This document shows, in pieces, positions 1 through 13,006 of a stretch of DNA of 64,000 nucleotides. The stretch is from Octopus sinensis (Eukaryota), in the NCBI RefSeq assembly GCF_006345805.1, contig NC_043017.1, positions 10,602,001 through 10,666,000 of the forward strand, read 5' to 3'. The first letter of the stretch is position 1. Each line of letters starts with the position of its first letter. The position numbers were made by a program, and so were the translations under genes. The notes below the pieces were generated by a model. It saw only the letters and a program-made list of their open reading frames with translations, made no database searches and was not told where the DNA came from.

Positions 1-170
1 ATGGCTGTGTGGTTAAGAAGCTCCCTTCCCAACCACATGTTTTCAGGTTCCAGCGCCACTGCATGGCTTCTATCAAAGCCCAAGGCTAACCAAAGCCTTG
101 TGGGTGGATTTGGTAGAAGGAAACTGAAAGAAGCCTGTCGTGTGTGTTTAGTAGATAAAAACAAAAAGTC

Positions 171-202
<32 letters not shown>

Positions 203-206
203 CATA

Positions 207-545
207 GGCGCAGGAGTGGCTGTGTAGTAAGTAGCTTGCTAACCAACCACATGGTTCCAGGTTCAGTCCCACTGCGTGGCACCTTGGGCAAGTGTCTTCT
301 ACTATAGCCTCGGGCCGACCAAAGCCTAGAGTGGATTTGGTAGACGGAAACTGAAAGAAGCCCGTGGGTATATGTCTGTGTTTGTCCCCCTAGCATTGCT
401 TGACAACCGATGCTGGTGCATTTACGTCCCTGTCACTTAGCGGTTCGGCAAAAGAGACTGATAGAATAAGTCCCTGGGTCGAGTTGCACAACTAAAGGCG
501 GCGCTCCAGCATGGCCGCAGTCAAATGACTGAAACAAGTAAAAGA
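207..545 (+). mobile_element. SINE family A (tRNA-derived head)
   Basis: GGCGCAGGAGTGGCTGTG...GGTTCAGTCCC A/B-box-like head and CCTTGGGCAAG body; many copies in the window. Confidence 0.85.
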
Positions 546-732
546 TATATACACACACATGATTGTGCATGCATGTGATGTTTCTGCCCCCTCCTCCTCC
601 CAATGACAACCTGTGTTGGTTTGTCTACATCCCATCCCCATATTTAGCAGTTATGGCCACAGTCCAGTGATTGAAACAAAAGACTCACATACACAAAAGT
701 GTTTAATCATAGAAATATACTGATCAACTCAC

Positions 733-900
733 CAGACAAATGGAATGGAACTTCTTGTGGCAGGTCTTACATTGTTTCTGTGGGAGATGGTAGTCGGTGC
801 CATGGACGACACAGTAGCAGATGGTACATTCTTCAACTCCTTCAAATTTCTTGTCAATATATCGTTTCCACAGACACAGGCCATCCATGATATTGCCGTT
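733..900 (-). CDS. LTN1: LTN1 exon 31 (RING finger, N-terminal part); final exon lies outside the window
   Basis: [57 protein letters not shown]4HC3-type RING of listerin; AG/GTGAGT; 168 nt. Confidence 0.97.
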
Positions 901-967
901 CTGTCAGGGTATAAAAGTAGCAAGGATGAGTTTGTGTAGATGTAGGTGGATGGGATGAGATTAGAGA

Positions 968-1475
968 AGGGCCAGATTAAGACCCATAGAGGCCCTAAGC
1001 ACTGAAAAGAATTTGGTGCCCTTATATAAATATAATAAACCATAAAATAAATTTCTATTTTTCAAAATTAAACAAAAATAACAGTAAGATGGAAAATAAT
1101 ATTTTGACACCATGAATACTTTGAAATTATATTTCTGATCAGACAAACCACTTTGAATATTATTTTAGCAAAGTTTAAGGAAAGATGGAGAATAATGTTT
1201 ATTTTTATGTATACTTCCACCTGATTTATTTTTGAAAAGTTTCTTTTTCTTTAATTATAAATTCTTGGATCAGATCCTCACTTATGACACTATGAACACT
1301 TCCAAATTATATTTCCAATCATATAAACCAATTGGAATATTATTTTAGTGAGTTTAAAGGGATTTCTTTTGTGCTGTAAACCATTTACCATTTTTGTGGT
1401 GACCCCCCACCCCCACCCCCTTCCTTTGATGCTCTGAGCACTTGCTTATTTTGCTTTATGCTTAAACCAGTGCTG
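968..1475. mobile_element. Degenerate hAT-like non-autonomous element
   Basis: Ends GGGCCAGATTAAG... and ...CTTAAACCAGTGCTG; internal direct duplication (~1105-1180 vs ~1286-1360). Confidence 0.4.
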
Positions 1476-2625
1476 GGTTCGGATTAATTACAGATGGTCT
1501 GTGGTGTCATAATAAAGTTGTTTAGAAATAATAGAGTAATAGTAGTGGTGATAATAAATGGCCATAATGGTTGTTTCTTAACCACATGGTCTTAGGTTCA
1601 GTCCCATTGCATGGCACCTTGGGCAAGTGTCTTCCTCCATAGCCCTGAGCTGACCAAAGCTGTAAGTGGATATGGCAGATGGAAACAAGAAAAACACATG
1701 TGTGTGTGTGTGTGTGTCACTGTTATACAGTGTCAATCATTTCCAATGTGCCATGAAAACATGTCAGGTCATCCAGCAGCAGAAAATCTCAAAATTCTAT
1801 CTGACCCATGCATGCGTAGAAAAGCAGACAAAATGATTATATATAATATATATATATAAGGCATGTGCCTTATATATAAGGCATGTGCCGTCAGCTGGTG
1901 ATCTTTATATAGTAAAAGACACAAAAAAATAAGTAAAGCACAGGCACATGACTGAGTTGAAGGCGGATTTACTTCTACTTTTATAACATATAAAGAAAAC
2001 AGTGTTGTAGGAATGTATGCAGCACGTGTGCTACAGCAGTTCTGTGTGTAGCTTAAATACTGAAATTGAAAAGCAGGGACGAATTATGCCTACCTAATCT
2101 ACAAAAAAAAAAAAAATATTTGGCATTTTATCAGAGTAACCTTCATAATTTTATTGAATTAGATGCATATTTTGCCATAAAAGGAAAATGTTGCTATCAA
2201 TATTTTATTCAGAGTAGGCACTGCCCACCTACGCAGCATGTTCCTGGCACGTGTGTGTGTGTATTAGAAGACATTTGTCTGAGGTTCCACACAGTGGGGA
2301 TGAACCCCAAACCACGTGGTTGGGAAGAGCAAGCTTCTTACCACTCAGCCACATGTAGATCATCAACATCTTCTAATGGGTTGGATGGGTTGACAAGATC
2401 CAATGCATCAAGCTCCAATGTCTGATCTGTTTTGCTAGGGTTTCAACAGCAGCTGGACACCCATCCCAAATAGCTTACTTTACAATGTTTTGGGTGCCTT
2501 TTTTTTTTTTGTGTGTGTGTGTGACTGAAATTGGCAAAGTAACCAAGAAATTTGGAAGACAAAGAAAAAAAAAAGGGGGCCCCTTGACTGAGTGGGGTTG
2601 CAGAAGAGAAGATGACACAACTCAC

Positions 2626-2820
2626 CTGATGCTGTAAGAATATATTCAATTGTAATAACCATTTCTTGGAGATGTTACAAGAGATTCCCTTCCTCTGATC
2701 ACTGTGCACACTAATGGTACCCAGTGGGTAGTTCTCGGGTAAGGAGATCACCATCTCGATACTCACATCATCCAGGGTATACACAGCCACAATTTCACGA
2801 CTCATTGGACGAGCACGCAC
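2626..2820 (-). CDS. LTN1: LTN1 exon 30 (RWD domain)
   Basis: VRARPMSREIVAVYTLDDVSIEMVISLPENYPLG...WLLQLNIFLQHQ; AG/GTGAG; 195 nt. Confidence 0.96.
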
Positions 2821-3667
2821 CTAAAATAAAGAACCAGTTTTCTGTTAGTAGAAGTATTAATAATAGAATCAAGGATTATGGTAATGGTGGTGGTTGTAGT
2901 GGTGGTCATAGTAGGGAGGGTGGTAACAGTGGTGATGGTAGTTGTGTTGATGGTTACAATAAGGTGGAGGTGGTGGGAGTAACAATGAAAGTGGTGGTGG
3001 TGGTGGTAGTGTTATTGACAGTAGTAGCAAGTGGCCCTGATGATGATTGTAGTGGTGGTGAGGATGGTAGGAGAAATACTGATGGTGGTGGTAATAGTGG
3101 AAGTGGTGGTTCATAGCACTAGTAGTAGTGTTGAGCTAATCATGTATTCAACCAGACTATTGGATGTTGTTATACAACGCTTGTCACAATGCACTTTGCA
3201 CCCTGCTGGCTAGGCAAGCAGGCCAACATTCACCCTGACCAGAAGGTTACTCTGTCACAAGGTTATACATTTACAGCTGAGTGGACTGGAGTAACATGAA
3301 ATGAAGGGATTTTGCTCAGGAACACAATGCACAGCTCAGTCCAGGAATCGATCTCTCAAATGTAAGTGTGACACATCAAACCGTTATGCCATGTGCCTTC
3401 ACGTGTTGGGGTAAATATCTCGACCCTCAACCAACACATAAAACCTGATCTTTGCCCTGCACAATTAACCACTACATAACCCCACAAAAATTCTGTCCCA
3501 TTCTCTACACCACTCTGCCAACAAAATTATTCAAATCCAAAATATCCCAGAACTTTACCCTCCCGCTCCACTAACCCCTACCAATAGAATTCCCTCCCCC
3601 ACCAAATTCAACTTTCTCTCTGCAGCCTCCCCACCCTCCATACTCACACCCCACAAAAGCTCCTCAC

Positions 3668-3755
3668 CGTGATATTTGCCAAATTCATCTCCATACTCAG
3701 CAGATTCAATATTTCCTTTTTGCACAGCACTGGACTGATGAAAAGTTTGGTGAAG
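3668..3755 (-). CDS. LTN1: LTN1 exon 29
   Basis: FTKLFISPVLCKKEILNLLSMEMNLANIT; CAG/GTGAG; 88 nt. Confidence 0.9.
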
Positions 3756-3977
3756 CTGGAATGTAAAGCAACAGGTACAGGGATCAAATAACAGCTGATG
3801 CCGAATCAGAAAGACACACATACACACACAAAAGAAGACATTCACACTGGTGACAAATGGGACACCAAAGGATAAAAACAATAAAAATAAATGAAAAATA
3901 AAATAAAATAAAATATGGAGACAGACAAATGACATTTGGAGGAGGAAAAGGTTTTCTGACTTTGCAAAATTTTGCCC

Positions 3978-4124
3978 TGTGGTAAGTAGCTTGCTAACCA
4001 ACCACATGGTTCCAGGTTCAGTCCCACTGCGTGGCATCTTGGGCAAGTGTCTTCTGCTATAGCCCGGGGCCGACCAATGCCTTGTGAGTGGATTTGGTAG
4101 ACGGAAACTGAAAGAAACCTGTCG

Positions 4125-4159
<35 letters not shown>

Positions 4160-4352
4160 GTGTGTGTGTCCCCCTAGCATTGCTTGACAACCGATGCTGG
4201 TGTGTTTACGTCCCCGTCACTTAGCAGTTCAGCAAAAGAGACTGATAGAATAAGTACTGGGCTTACAAAGAATAAGTCCCGGGGTTGATTTGCTCGACTA
4301 AAGGCGGTGCTCCAGCATGGCCGCAGTCAAATGACTGAAGCAAGTAAAAAGA
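3978..4352 (+). mobile_element. SINE family A
   Basis: Near-identical to the 207-545 family; internal (TA)n(TG)n. Confidence 0.85.
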
Positions 4353-4506
4353 GAGTTAATATGGTGCATGACTTTGTAGAATGTCAGTAACAGCTCAGGA
4401 CTGAGATATATTTTATGATCCTGAAAAACAAGGTTCAATCTTTGGATTCTCTTTTTAATTTTTTGTTTGAAGAGAGAGAGATGAGGATGAAAGTGAAACT
4501 ACTTAC

Positions 4507-4636
4507 TTGTCAATAAAAGATGCAAAAGACCGATTCTGTTTAAGCCACCAGGTTCTAATGACTGCAGGAATGGTCTCCAGGGCTTCTTCATACAACATGC
4601 AGGCCATGTCTTGGAGTAATTTACCAGAAGGAGGTG
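4507..4636 (-). CDS. LTN1: LTN1 exon 28
   Basis: PPSGKLLQDMACMLYEEALETIPAVIRTWWLKQNRSFASFID (conserved LPAxVRxWW); AG/GTAAGT; 130 nt. Confidence 0.94.
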
Positions 4637-4921
4637 CTACAAGGCATCAAAAATAGTAGTCAGTACCCAGGGTAGAACAGCAATGTGTGTGTGTATATAT
4701 ATCACGTGATCATGTGACTTACCAGGCTATCAGATGTTGCTACACATCGCTGGTCACAATGCGCTTTGCATTGTTTTAGCCTTCAAATGACGTCACCCCA
4801 CTGGCTAAGCGAGCAGGCCAACAGAAGAAAGTTGTGGTGAAATGCCCGGTCTGGGAATCAAAACCGCGATCGTACGACTGCGAGTTCGCTGCCCTAACCA
4901 CTGGGCAATTGTGCCTCCACG

Positions 4922-4965
<44 letters not shown>

Positions 4966-5041
4966 CACACACACACACACCCCTAATTGGATTAGGTGAA
5001 TGGTCAAGGAAAAAACTGAAAAAGTGAATTATTTCACTTGC

Positions 5042-5210
5042 CTGATGTGCACAGCAGATCTCTTTTAAAGGCTGATGCAGCATTTGTTACTTCATCTTTC
5101 CTTGGTTGATGGGTTGAAACAAGGGATTCTGGGATCAGAGAAAAGATGTCCGAGAGAAAGACATCAATAAGGCTAAGATTGTCAAGGTAGCGGAGGTACT
5201 CGGCTCTCAG
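5042..5210 (-). CDS. LTN1: LTN1 exon 27 (GC donor)
   Basis: LRAEYLRYLDNLSLIDVFLSDIFSLIPE...DLLCTS; ends at CAG/GCAAGT, the donor that gives the required phase 1; 169 nt. Confidence 0.85.
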
Positions 5211-5906
5211 CTGGGAAACAGAGAAGAAAGACAGCTTCTAAGTATGAGTGCAGAAAGTGTCCACAAGAAATGGCTTATGGGTCAAACAGCTATACAGGAC
5301 AGAGGTCACAATGCTCACAGTCGTCATTTAATGTCCATCATTCTCTGTGCTCGCATGGGTTAGACAGAATTTGTTGAGGTAGCTTGCTTTTCCTGTTGCC
5401 AACCCATAACTGCTTCCAAGCAATAGCCACCACAAGCCCCAGTCCCTATGGTGGCTTATATGCATCAGTGTGACACCAAAAGTTATGCCCTTGGAGTGCA
5501 AGATTCTGGTAGAGCTTCTCATGCTGGACAGGTCAAAAGATAGGGACCAGATTAATATAGATCGCCTCTTTCCAGGGGTAAAAAATGGGTTTGCGTTGGG
5601 CCAACATTTCTACCTAGAAAAAAAGCAAAGTAAGAGAAGCACTGACAAGTCAAAATCCAGCAAGTCCCAGGAAAATATGAAGTGGAAATAAGGCACAGTT
5701 GGAAAAGCAGGGATCCAACTGGAAAAAATCAGAAAAGACAGCCCAGATTAAAGAACAATGGGAAAAAGTCATTGAAAAGGCTTTGCTCCATGAGGAATGA
5801 AAGGGCTTTGCTCCATGAGGAATGAAAGGGCTTATATAAGTAGTCATAGGTTCACCAAATATATGAGGGAAATAGAAATATAGTCAGAGAAAAAGATTAC
5901 GCTTAC

Positions 5907-6099
5907 CTCACTGGTAGCTGTTTTGATAAAATGTAGCTGAAGTTTCCAGGTGAGGAGGTACCCCAGGGTACAGTATGGTGGAACAGGTGGTTTTTCAATA
6001 CTTGTACTGCTACCACTACTACTGTTGCTGGCGTCCATGTGGTACTCAAGTGCCTGCCAGGATTCTAGAAGTGCTTGCATTAGGGCCTCGTTTGGTTGT
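5907..6099 (-). CDS. LTN1: LTN1 exon 26
   Basis: QPNEALMQALL...YCTLGYLLTWKLQLHFIKTATSE (conserved LGYLLTWKL); AG/GTAAG; 193 nt. Confidence 0.94.
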
Positions 6100-7287
6100 C
6101 TGCATCAACGACAAAAAACAGAAGGATTTTATTAATTAGCAGAGACATGGAGAACGAATACACAAACACACACACACGTTCATGTCTACTTTTTCATGCT
6201 TGCATGAGTTGGATGGAATTAACTGAGGCAGGTTTTCTATGGCTGGATGCCTTGGCTGTCACTGACTCTCACCTACTTCCAAGCAAGGTAATATCTCTCC
6301 ATGGCCAGACAAGTTTCCACATAACATTGGCAATGAACAACACCGCTTCTATGACAGTGACACTCATTTACAACTACCATAAAATATCAAAACAGGGAAA
6401 CAGAAACAACGCATATATATAGATGTTAGTGTATATAAATACATACATATATATATTGGTAAAAACGGTAAGATAACAAAAGAAAGAATGAGACCTCAAT
6501 ATTATGTAAATTGAGGAAATTTATCTGTAAAATAATATGTGACAATTATTCGGTAGCCAAGATAAAACTCTGAGTTTCGGATGCCGAGGTGGAAATCCAC
6601 ACCACCATCTCTTCAGTTATCTGGCCATATGAAAAACCTCTTTCATACATAAATATATATATATTTATGTATGAGAGGTTTGTTTCAGTTTGTGGCAACC
6701 AAATCCACTCACAAGGTTTTGGTCAGCCTGAGCCTATAAAACGAAACACCTGCCCAAGGTGCCACACCGTGGTACTGAACCCGGAGCCATGTGGTTGGGA
6801 AGTAAACTTTTTAACCACATAGCCATACACGTGTGTTGAGTATGCTACTGTCTCCTTGTCTTGGCATTGTGTGATAACTGTAAATGAGTGTCACTGTCAT
6901 ACAAGCAGTGTTGTTCATCTCCAGTCTTCCATGAAAAAAACATGTCTAGTCATGGGGAAATGTTACCTTACATGAAAACCGGTGAGGGTTGGTGACAGGA
7001 AGGGCATCCGGCCACAGAAAATCTGCCTCAATAAACTACACAAAACCCATGCAATCAATAAAACAGTAATGCATGATGAAGTCACATAATATACAACAGG
7101 CTTCTTCACAGTTTCCGTCTACCAAATTTCACTGACAAGTTATTACTGAGCCTGTAACTTCAGAAGAATCTTGCCCAAGTTGTCCTTCAGTGGTACTGGA
7201 CATGGAATTACAACCTTGTTAACCCCCGTCAGCCACACTGGCAGCAAACAGGTGCTACTGACCCAACAATGTCACCATTTTACTTAC

Positions 7288-7389
7288 CTTCCGCTGTTGT
7301 CATCTTCATCTCCATCAAACTGAGAACAGTACTGTTTCATGGCCTGCTGCTGGTGGACGGTAGCTTTGGACGTTTCCTCCACTCTCGTA
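7288..7389 (-). CDS. LTN1: LTN1 exon 25
   Basis: TRVEETSKATVHQQQAMKQYCSQFDGDEDDNSGR; CAG/GTAAGT; 102 nt; phase 2-2. Confidence 0.75.
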
Positions 7390-7496
7390 CTGAAATGTAA
7401 AGGCAGCTTATGTGAGGGATAAGAACGTGAGTGAGTGAATGTGTCAGTGTGTGTGTGAGTGAGTGAATGTGTCAGTGTGTGTGATTGAGTGAGTGA

Positions 7497-7534
<38 letters not shown>

Positions 7535-8519
7535 CTGTGAGAGTAGATGTGTGCGTGTTACCTTCCCCCAATGCTAGAGGCTATGATCATATCATAAGAG
7601 AGGTTTGAACTGAAGACCCTCTCCTTTGATAGTCTCTTGTGGCCCAAGAAAGACAACTCTGTATTTCTTGCTGAACAATCTGTGCAGACGGTTTGTAATA
7701 ATCGAATGCCTGGGCCATACATTAGTTCACTCCTTCCATCAAATCAACATTGCCTGAACAGGGGCACAGTGTGCCACTCGTCAAGTGTCAAAGTGATTGC
7801 AGACCAACACGAAATGAAGGGTTTTGCTCAAGAATACAATGCACTACCTAGTCCAGAGATTGAAACAGTGATCTTGTGACCAAGGGTGCAGCATTCTTAC
7901 CATCAGGCCATGCACTCTCATATCCAGTGACATATCAAACCATTAAGCCACCAGATTACAGTCTGTTCAGTGAGACTCACTCACCCCTCTCCCCATTTTT
8001 ATAGCTTCTCCTGAGAGAAGAGAGTTTCGGTGGACCCTTTTCATACAAATTTGCTTGATTCTGCCCCTGGTCCTACAATATATATTTCTTTACTATCCAC
8101 AAGGGGCTAAACACAGAGGGGACAAACAAGGACAGACAAATGGATTAAGTCGATTACATCGACACCCAGTGCGTAACTGGTACTTAATTTATCGACCCCG
8201 AAAGGATGAAAGGCAAAGTCGACCTCAGCGGAATTTGAACTCAGAACGTAACGACAGACGAAATACGGCTACGCATTTCGCCCAGCGTGCTAACGTTTCT
8301 GCCAGCTCGCCGCCTGATACAGCAGAAGTCCTACAATATAAACATCCTTGTTTTAAAATTTCATGTTATGTTCTAAACACTATTTTAATAAAGTTATTTT
8401 ACTAAATTCTTCATTATTATTTTCAAACCCAGTTGAAACTAAAACCGTTTGTTTCAACAGTTATATGGTAACAAAAGGGTTAAAGTGATCTAAATTAAAA
8501 CCTGCAATCAAAAGTTTAA

Positions 8520-8739
8520 CCCTTTTGTTACTGTATTTATTTTGAGATGCTCTGTGTTTCTTTCAATTACTTTAAATATAACAAAGAATTTAGTAAGATA
8601 TCTTTATTACCATTAAACTAGTGTTAGAAACATAAATTGTGACTAAGGTTTGGTGGAAGATTTTAATTCAAAACTTATGAAAACAAGACATTTGTACTCA
8701 CAGCCAGAGCCAGTTTCAGCCGGGTTGGTAACGAAAGGG
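8520..8739. mobile_element. piggyBac-like MITE
   Basis: TTAA-CCCTTTTGTTAC ... GTAACGAAAGGG-TTAA; related partial copies at ~8320-8483 and ~56300-56512. Confidence 0.75.
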
Positions 8740-8936
8740 TTAATATTTGTTTGAAAGCTTAATAACGACAAAGTTATTTTACTAAATTTTTCTTTTCAAA
8801 GGCAGAGCATTTCAACTGACATGGTAACAAAACAGCTGAGACCCAACCTTGTTATCCGTAATTGTCTCACCCTTGCACCAATTCAATTCCTTCAAAAGTT
8901 GGAACCAAGGAGATGATAAATATTGAGTTTACTTAC

Positions 8937-9014
8937 GAGAGTTTCTTGAATTTCTTCACACAGTCCATCTCAGTTGATTCTTGGGTTTCCAAACTGTGGA
9001 GTTCACCAACAATT
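8937..9014 (-). CDS. LTN1: LTN1 exon 24
   Basis: IVGELHSLETQESTEMDCVKKFKKLS; CAG/GTAAGT; 78 nt; phase 2-2. Confidence 0.75.
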
Positions 9015-9902
9015 CTGAGCAGATCAAAGAAAGAAATAGAAAATTTAACAGACATTTAATATGATCAAAAAAATTCCACCCATGCCCATCCAGTGTTGCA
9101 TGTTCTTCCTTTTTATTTTTAAGACAGCAGCTAGATTTTCTTTAGATTACATCCTACTATTTCTAACAGGCAGGTCAAGTGACTATACAGGGCAGAGGTT
9201 CTCAGTTGGGATCCACATGACTTTTAGGGTCCATATAAGGTTTTGTTAAAGTCCATGAGCAAAAACTTGGTTATACTTGTACAATACACAAAATATTTTA
9301 ACAACTGTTTGTTTTTTTTTTATACAATTCCTAAAAATATAATAGGATTTTAACCAGTAACCCTGTAATTCATTCTATTCCTCATCCTCATTTAATGTTT
9401 GTTTTCCATGCTGGCATGGGTTGGGTGGTTTAACAGGATCTGTAGGGGCTAAGGATCATGTGCTCCACTGTCTATTATAGTATCGTTTCTATGGCTGGGT
9501 GCCCTTCCTAGCAGCAACCCCTTTATAGCATGTACAGGGTCCTTTTTACTGTGACCCTGGCACCATACAGTACCATACGTATGGTACATACGGGCACCAT
9601 ACATTTTACAGGAGTATGAAACCCAATGAATGTTATGGGAGAAACCTGAACACCCCCACGTGACTGAAGATGGACTAACCGATTACAATAAATAAGTGAA
9701 CTGTCCGGTTGGGGGGGGGTAGTTGATGGTGTTAGTTTGACTGTATTGTTTAACAGTGAATACAGAGTATCGTACCTACGTTCAAGTTGTACGGAGTGCA
9801 ACCACAACCAACTATACCATTTTACACCAGACGTGTACACCCACATCATAACAAAGGAGAGGGCTTTATGCTAGGGGACGAAGGTTAAGAAGGTATGTGA
9901 GA

Positions 9903-10138
9903 AGGCGGCGAGCTGGCAGAAACGTTAGCACGCCGGGCGAAATGCGTAGTGGTATTTCGTCTGCCATTACATTCTGAGTTCAAATTCCGCCGAGGTCGAC
10001 TTTGCCTTTCATCCTTTCGGGGTCGATAAATTAAGTACCAGTTACGCACTGGGGTCGATATAATCGACTTAATCCGTTTGTCTGCCCTTGTTTGTCCTCT
10101 CTGTGTTTTATCCCCTTGTGGGTAGTAAAGAAATAGGT
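9903..10138 (+). mobile_element. SINE family B
   Basis: GGCGGCGAGCTGGCAGAAACG...GAGTTCAAATTC...GCCTTTCATCCTTTCGGGGTCGATAAA; TSD AGGTATGTGAGAAG. Confidence 0.85.
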
Positions 10139-10275
10139 ATGTGAGAAGAGATGGTGGACTTGGTTCTTCATGGCTACAATTACTGTGAAATTAGGACAAA
10201 AATCAGGACAAATTAAAAATGATAAAATGAAGAGGAGGCAAGAGATTTTTCTGCATCAGATTTCTTCTCACTTAC

Positions 10276-10510
10276 TTGTCAAGGACATGGTAAGCTGTTA
10301 TTTGGACAGCATAGAGTTTCGATAAAAGCATCGGGCAGAACTGGTCTAGAATGGCTTCCAGCTTCTCGCTGGACGACAGACTGGTAGAGCTGGTTTCCTT
10401 CAGAGGTGTGTTCAATAGTCGGTCTTGTGGGCAGTGGGTTAGAACCTGTCCTAGCCAAGCAACGACAGGGTGTTGTTTGTCAGAGTCCTTCTCTGATGAC
10501 AATACACTTT
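10276..10510 (-). CDS. LTN1: LTN1 exon 23
   Basis: ESVLSSEKDS...FCPMLLSKLYAVQITAYHVLDK; AG/GTAAGT; 235 nt. Confidence 0.92.
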
Positions 10511-10820
10511 CTGGAGTGACAGAGAAATAATAATAATAATAATCTTAATGGCAAATAATAATAAGAATAATTGTTTCTTTTATTGGCCACAAGGGCTAAT
10601 ATATACAAACATAAAAGGACATACAATAACATTATACAATGGGTTTTCACATTTGTGCAGACAGTAAATAACAAAAAATTAAATATAAAACTCCCAATAG
10701 GTGCTTTGAGGGTTACTCATGGAAAAACAAAAGCTATGAGTGCCTGAATTTGAACTTAAATGGACAAATTGCCACTAAATATTTCATCCAGTAAGCTAAC
10801 CATTCAGCCAGCTCACTGCC

Positions 10821-10858
<38 letters not shown>

Positions 10859-11209
10859 CCTGTCTACTATAGGCAGGAGGGGGATAGTTGACACCACCCC
10901 CCCGTACTGAACTGGTATTTATTTTATCAACCCTAAAAAGATGAAAAGGAAAGCTGACCTTGGTAAAATGTGAACTTAAAACATGAAGACGGACAAAATA
11001 CTGACAATTCTAAAATCCCTTCAAATTCTTGGCACAAGGCCAACAATTTTAGAGGTTAAGTTGATTACATTGACCCCAGTACATTACTGGTATTTTATTT
11101 TATTGACCATAAAAAGAATGAAATAACAAGGGAGGAAGAAGAGGAAGAGATAATGAAAAATAGTTTGAAGAGAAGAATAGGAAAAGAAGAAAAGAAAGAA
11201 GGGACTCAC

Positions 11210-11414
11210 CTGCCGTTTGGATATAGAGTGGAATAACCAGAGCGTAAACGGTTTCACTGAAGAATTCATTCCATTCCGAGATGACATTGTCAGGGATGTT
11301 GGTCTGTGAGTCTTGCAGGCTGGCAGCCATCTCATAGAGCAGCTTACATATTCCTACCATAAATAGTTGCACCTGTACAGGTGAGCCACTCGGGCATTTC
11401 GTCTCACTGGCGCT
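11210..11414 (-). CDS. LTN1: LTN1 exon 22
   Basis: SASETKCP...IPDNVISEWNEFFSETVYALVIPLY (conserved EWxEFFS); AG/GTGAGT; 205 nt. Confidence 0.92.
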
Positions 11415-13006
11415 CTGGGAACAATAAATAAATTAAGATAGGAAGGTACAGAGACAGGTATGTAATTAGGTGGATATTGGGTTCAGGTTCAGCCCTGTAG
11501 TGCAGTACCTTGGGGGGGGGGGCAAGGGTCTTCTATAGCCCCAGGTTGGTTGGCCAATGCTTTGTGAGTGAATTCAATAGAAACTGTGTAGAAAGCCATT
11601 GACTGTGGCCATGCTGGTGCACTGCCTTGAAGAATTTTAGATTTGTTGAACTGCTAAGTCATGGGGACATAAACACACCAACACCATTGTCAAGCAGTGG
11701 TAGGGGACAAACACACATTCATATGACAGGCTTCTGTGTGCATGTGTTCCCCACCTGCTGCTTGACAACTAATGTCCCCTGCAACAGCATTTCAGCAAAA
11801 GAGACCAACGTCCTTGGGTTGATTCAAGGCGATGCTCCAGTATGGCTACAGTCGAATAACTGAAAAAAGATAAAAAAATAAGATAATAATCATCATCATC
11901 GTTTTAACATGCACTTTCCATACTTGCATGAGTCAGGGAAATGTATGTTGGTGTATTTATGACCCCTGTAACTTAGCAGTTCAGCAAAAGAAACTGATAG
12001 AATAAGTATCAGACTTTAAAAAAAAAAGTACTGAGGTTGATTTGTTTGACTAACATTCTTCAAGGCAGTGCCCCAGCATGGCCACAGTCTAATGACTGAA
12101 ACGAGACACACACACACACAATGGGCTTCTTTCTGTCGTCATCTGCAAAACTCACTCACAAGGCAATGGTCAGCCTGGGGCTCAAGTCAAAAGCTATTTG
12201 ACCAAGGTTCTATACAGTGTGACTGAACTCTAAAAGCACATGGTTGGCAAGCAAATCCCTCAACCACATAACCATGCCTCTGTGGACCCAAAAAAGGACG
12301 TGGCTCTGCCAGGGTTAAAATGCTCACAGTATGTCATCATGGTGCCCCCTATAACGCCATCAGGAGTTGAGGGTTCAAGGAGAGAGGGATCCAACTGTCT
12401 TACAAGTTAAAGAGGACATTAAATAATGAAGACCAGGAAGAAAAAAGGAGACTTGGAAAGCCTTGATTAGGGGTCAGCTTGTTGAAGGCCAGCCTGGAAA
12501 TCAACACTAACAACCATTTCATATCCTTTATGGTGTAACTCCATCAATTATCAATCCCAAATTTCCCAAGATTTCACATACCTTACATGATCCTTGGTCC
12601 AAATCTGTTTCAATTAATCCCCTCACTACCAGCTCTAAATTTCAAAGATCTGCTCTGACCACTGAATCTCAGATCTTCAATAATCTAAATGTACCATATC
12701 AAACCCCACCACCTCATTAACCAATCAGATCCGACTCTGAACAGCTAGACTCCCTACTGCCAGCCCCTAACAATCTTAATTCACACCTTCCATCATTTAA
12801 TTCTACTTTCTCTGACTCCCTTCCATCCTATCAGGTCTGACCCAATAACATTGCAAGTAGTTATTTTCTTTGACCCCACATCCTGTTTCAAAAAACACTA
12901 ATACTTCGTGGCCCCTCACCCTGCCCTGCTGCACTTCTGACACAAGAACTCCTCCCCAGACGAAATGCAGCTGACTGCCACCGTGTAACGGAAGGTCCCA
13001 TCTTAC

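Noticed and set aside
2724-3213. Gly/Val/His-rich ORFs near exon 30
   Set aside because: Degenerate (GGT/GAT)n tract in LTN1 intron 29
3555-4190. 211-aa minus-strand ORF
   Set aside because: SINE plus intron read-through; the true LTN1 exon 29 is in a different frame
8055-8405. Recurrent peptide WYLIYRPRKDERQSRP in many ORFs, suggesting a gene family
   Set aside because: Antisense translation of SINE family B; several copies have TSDs and no conserved start or stop
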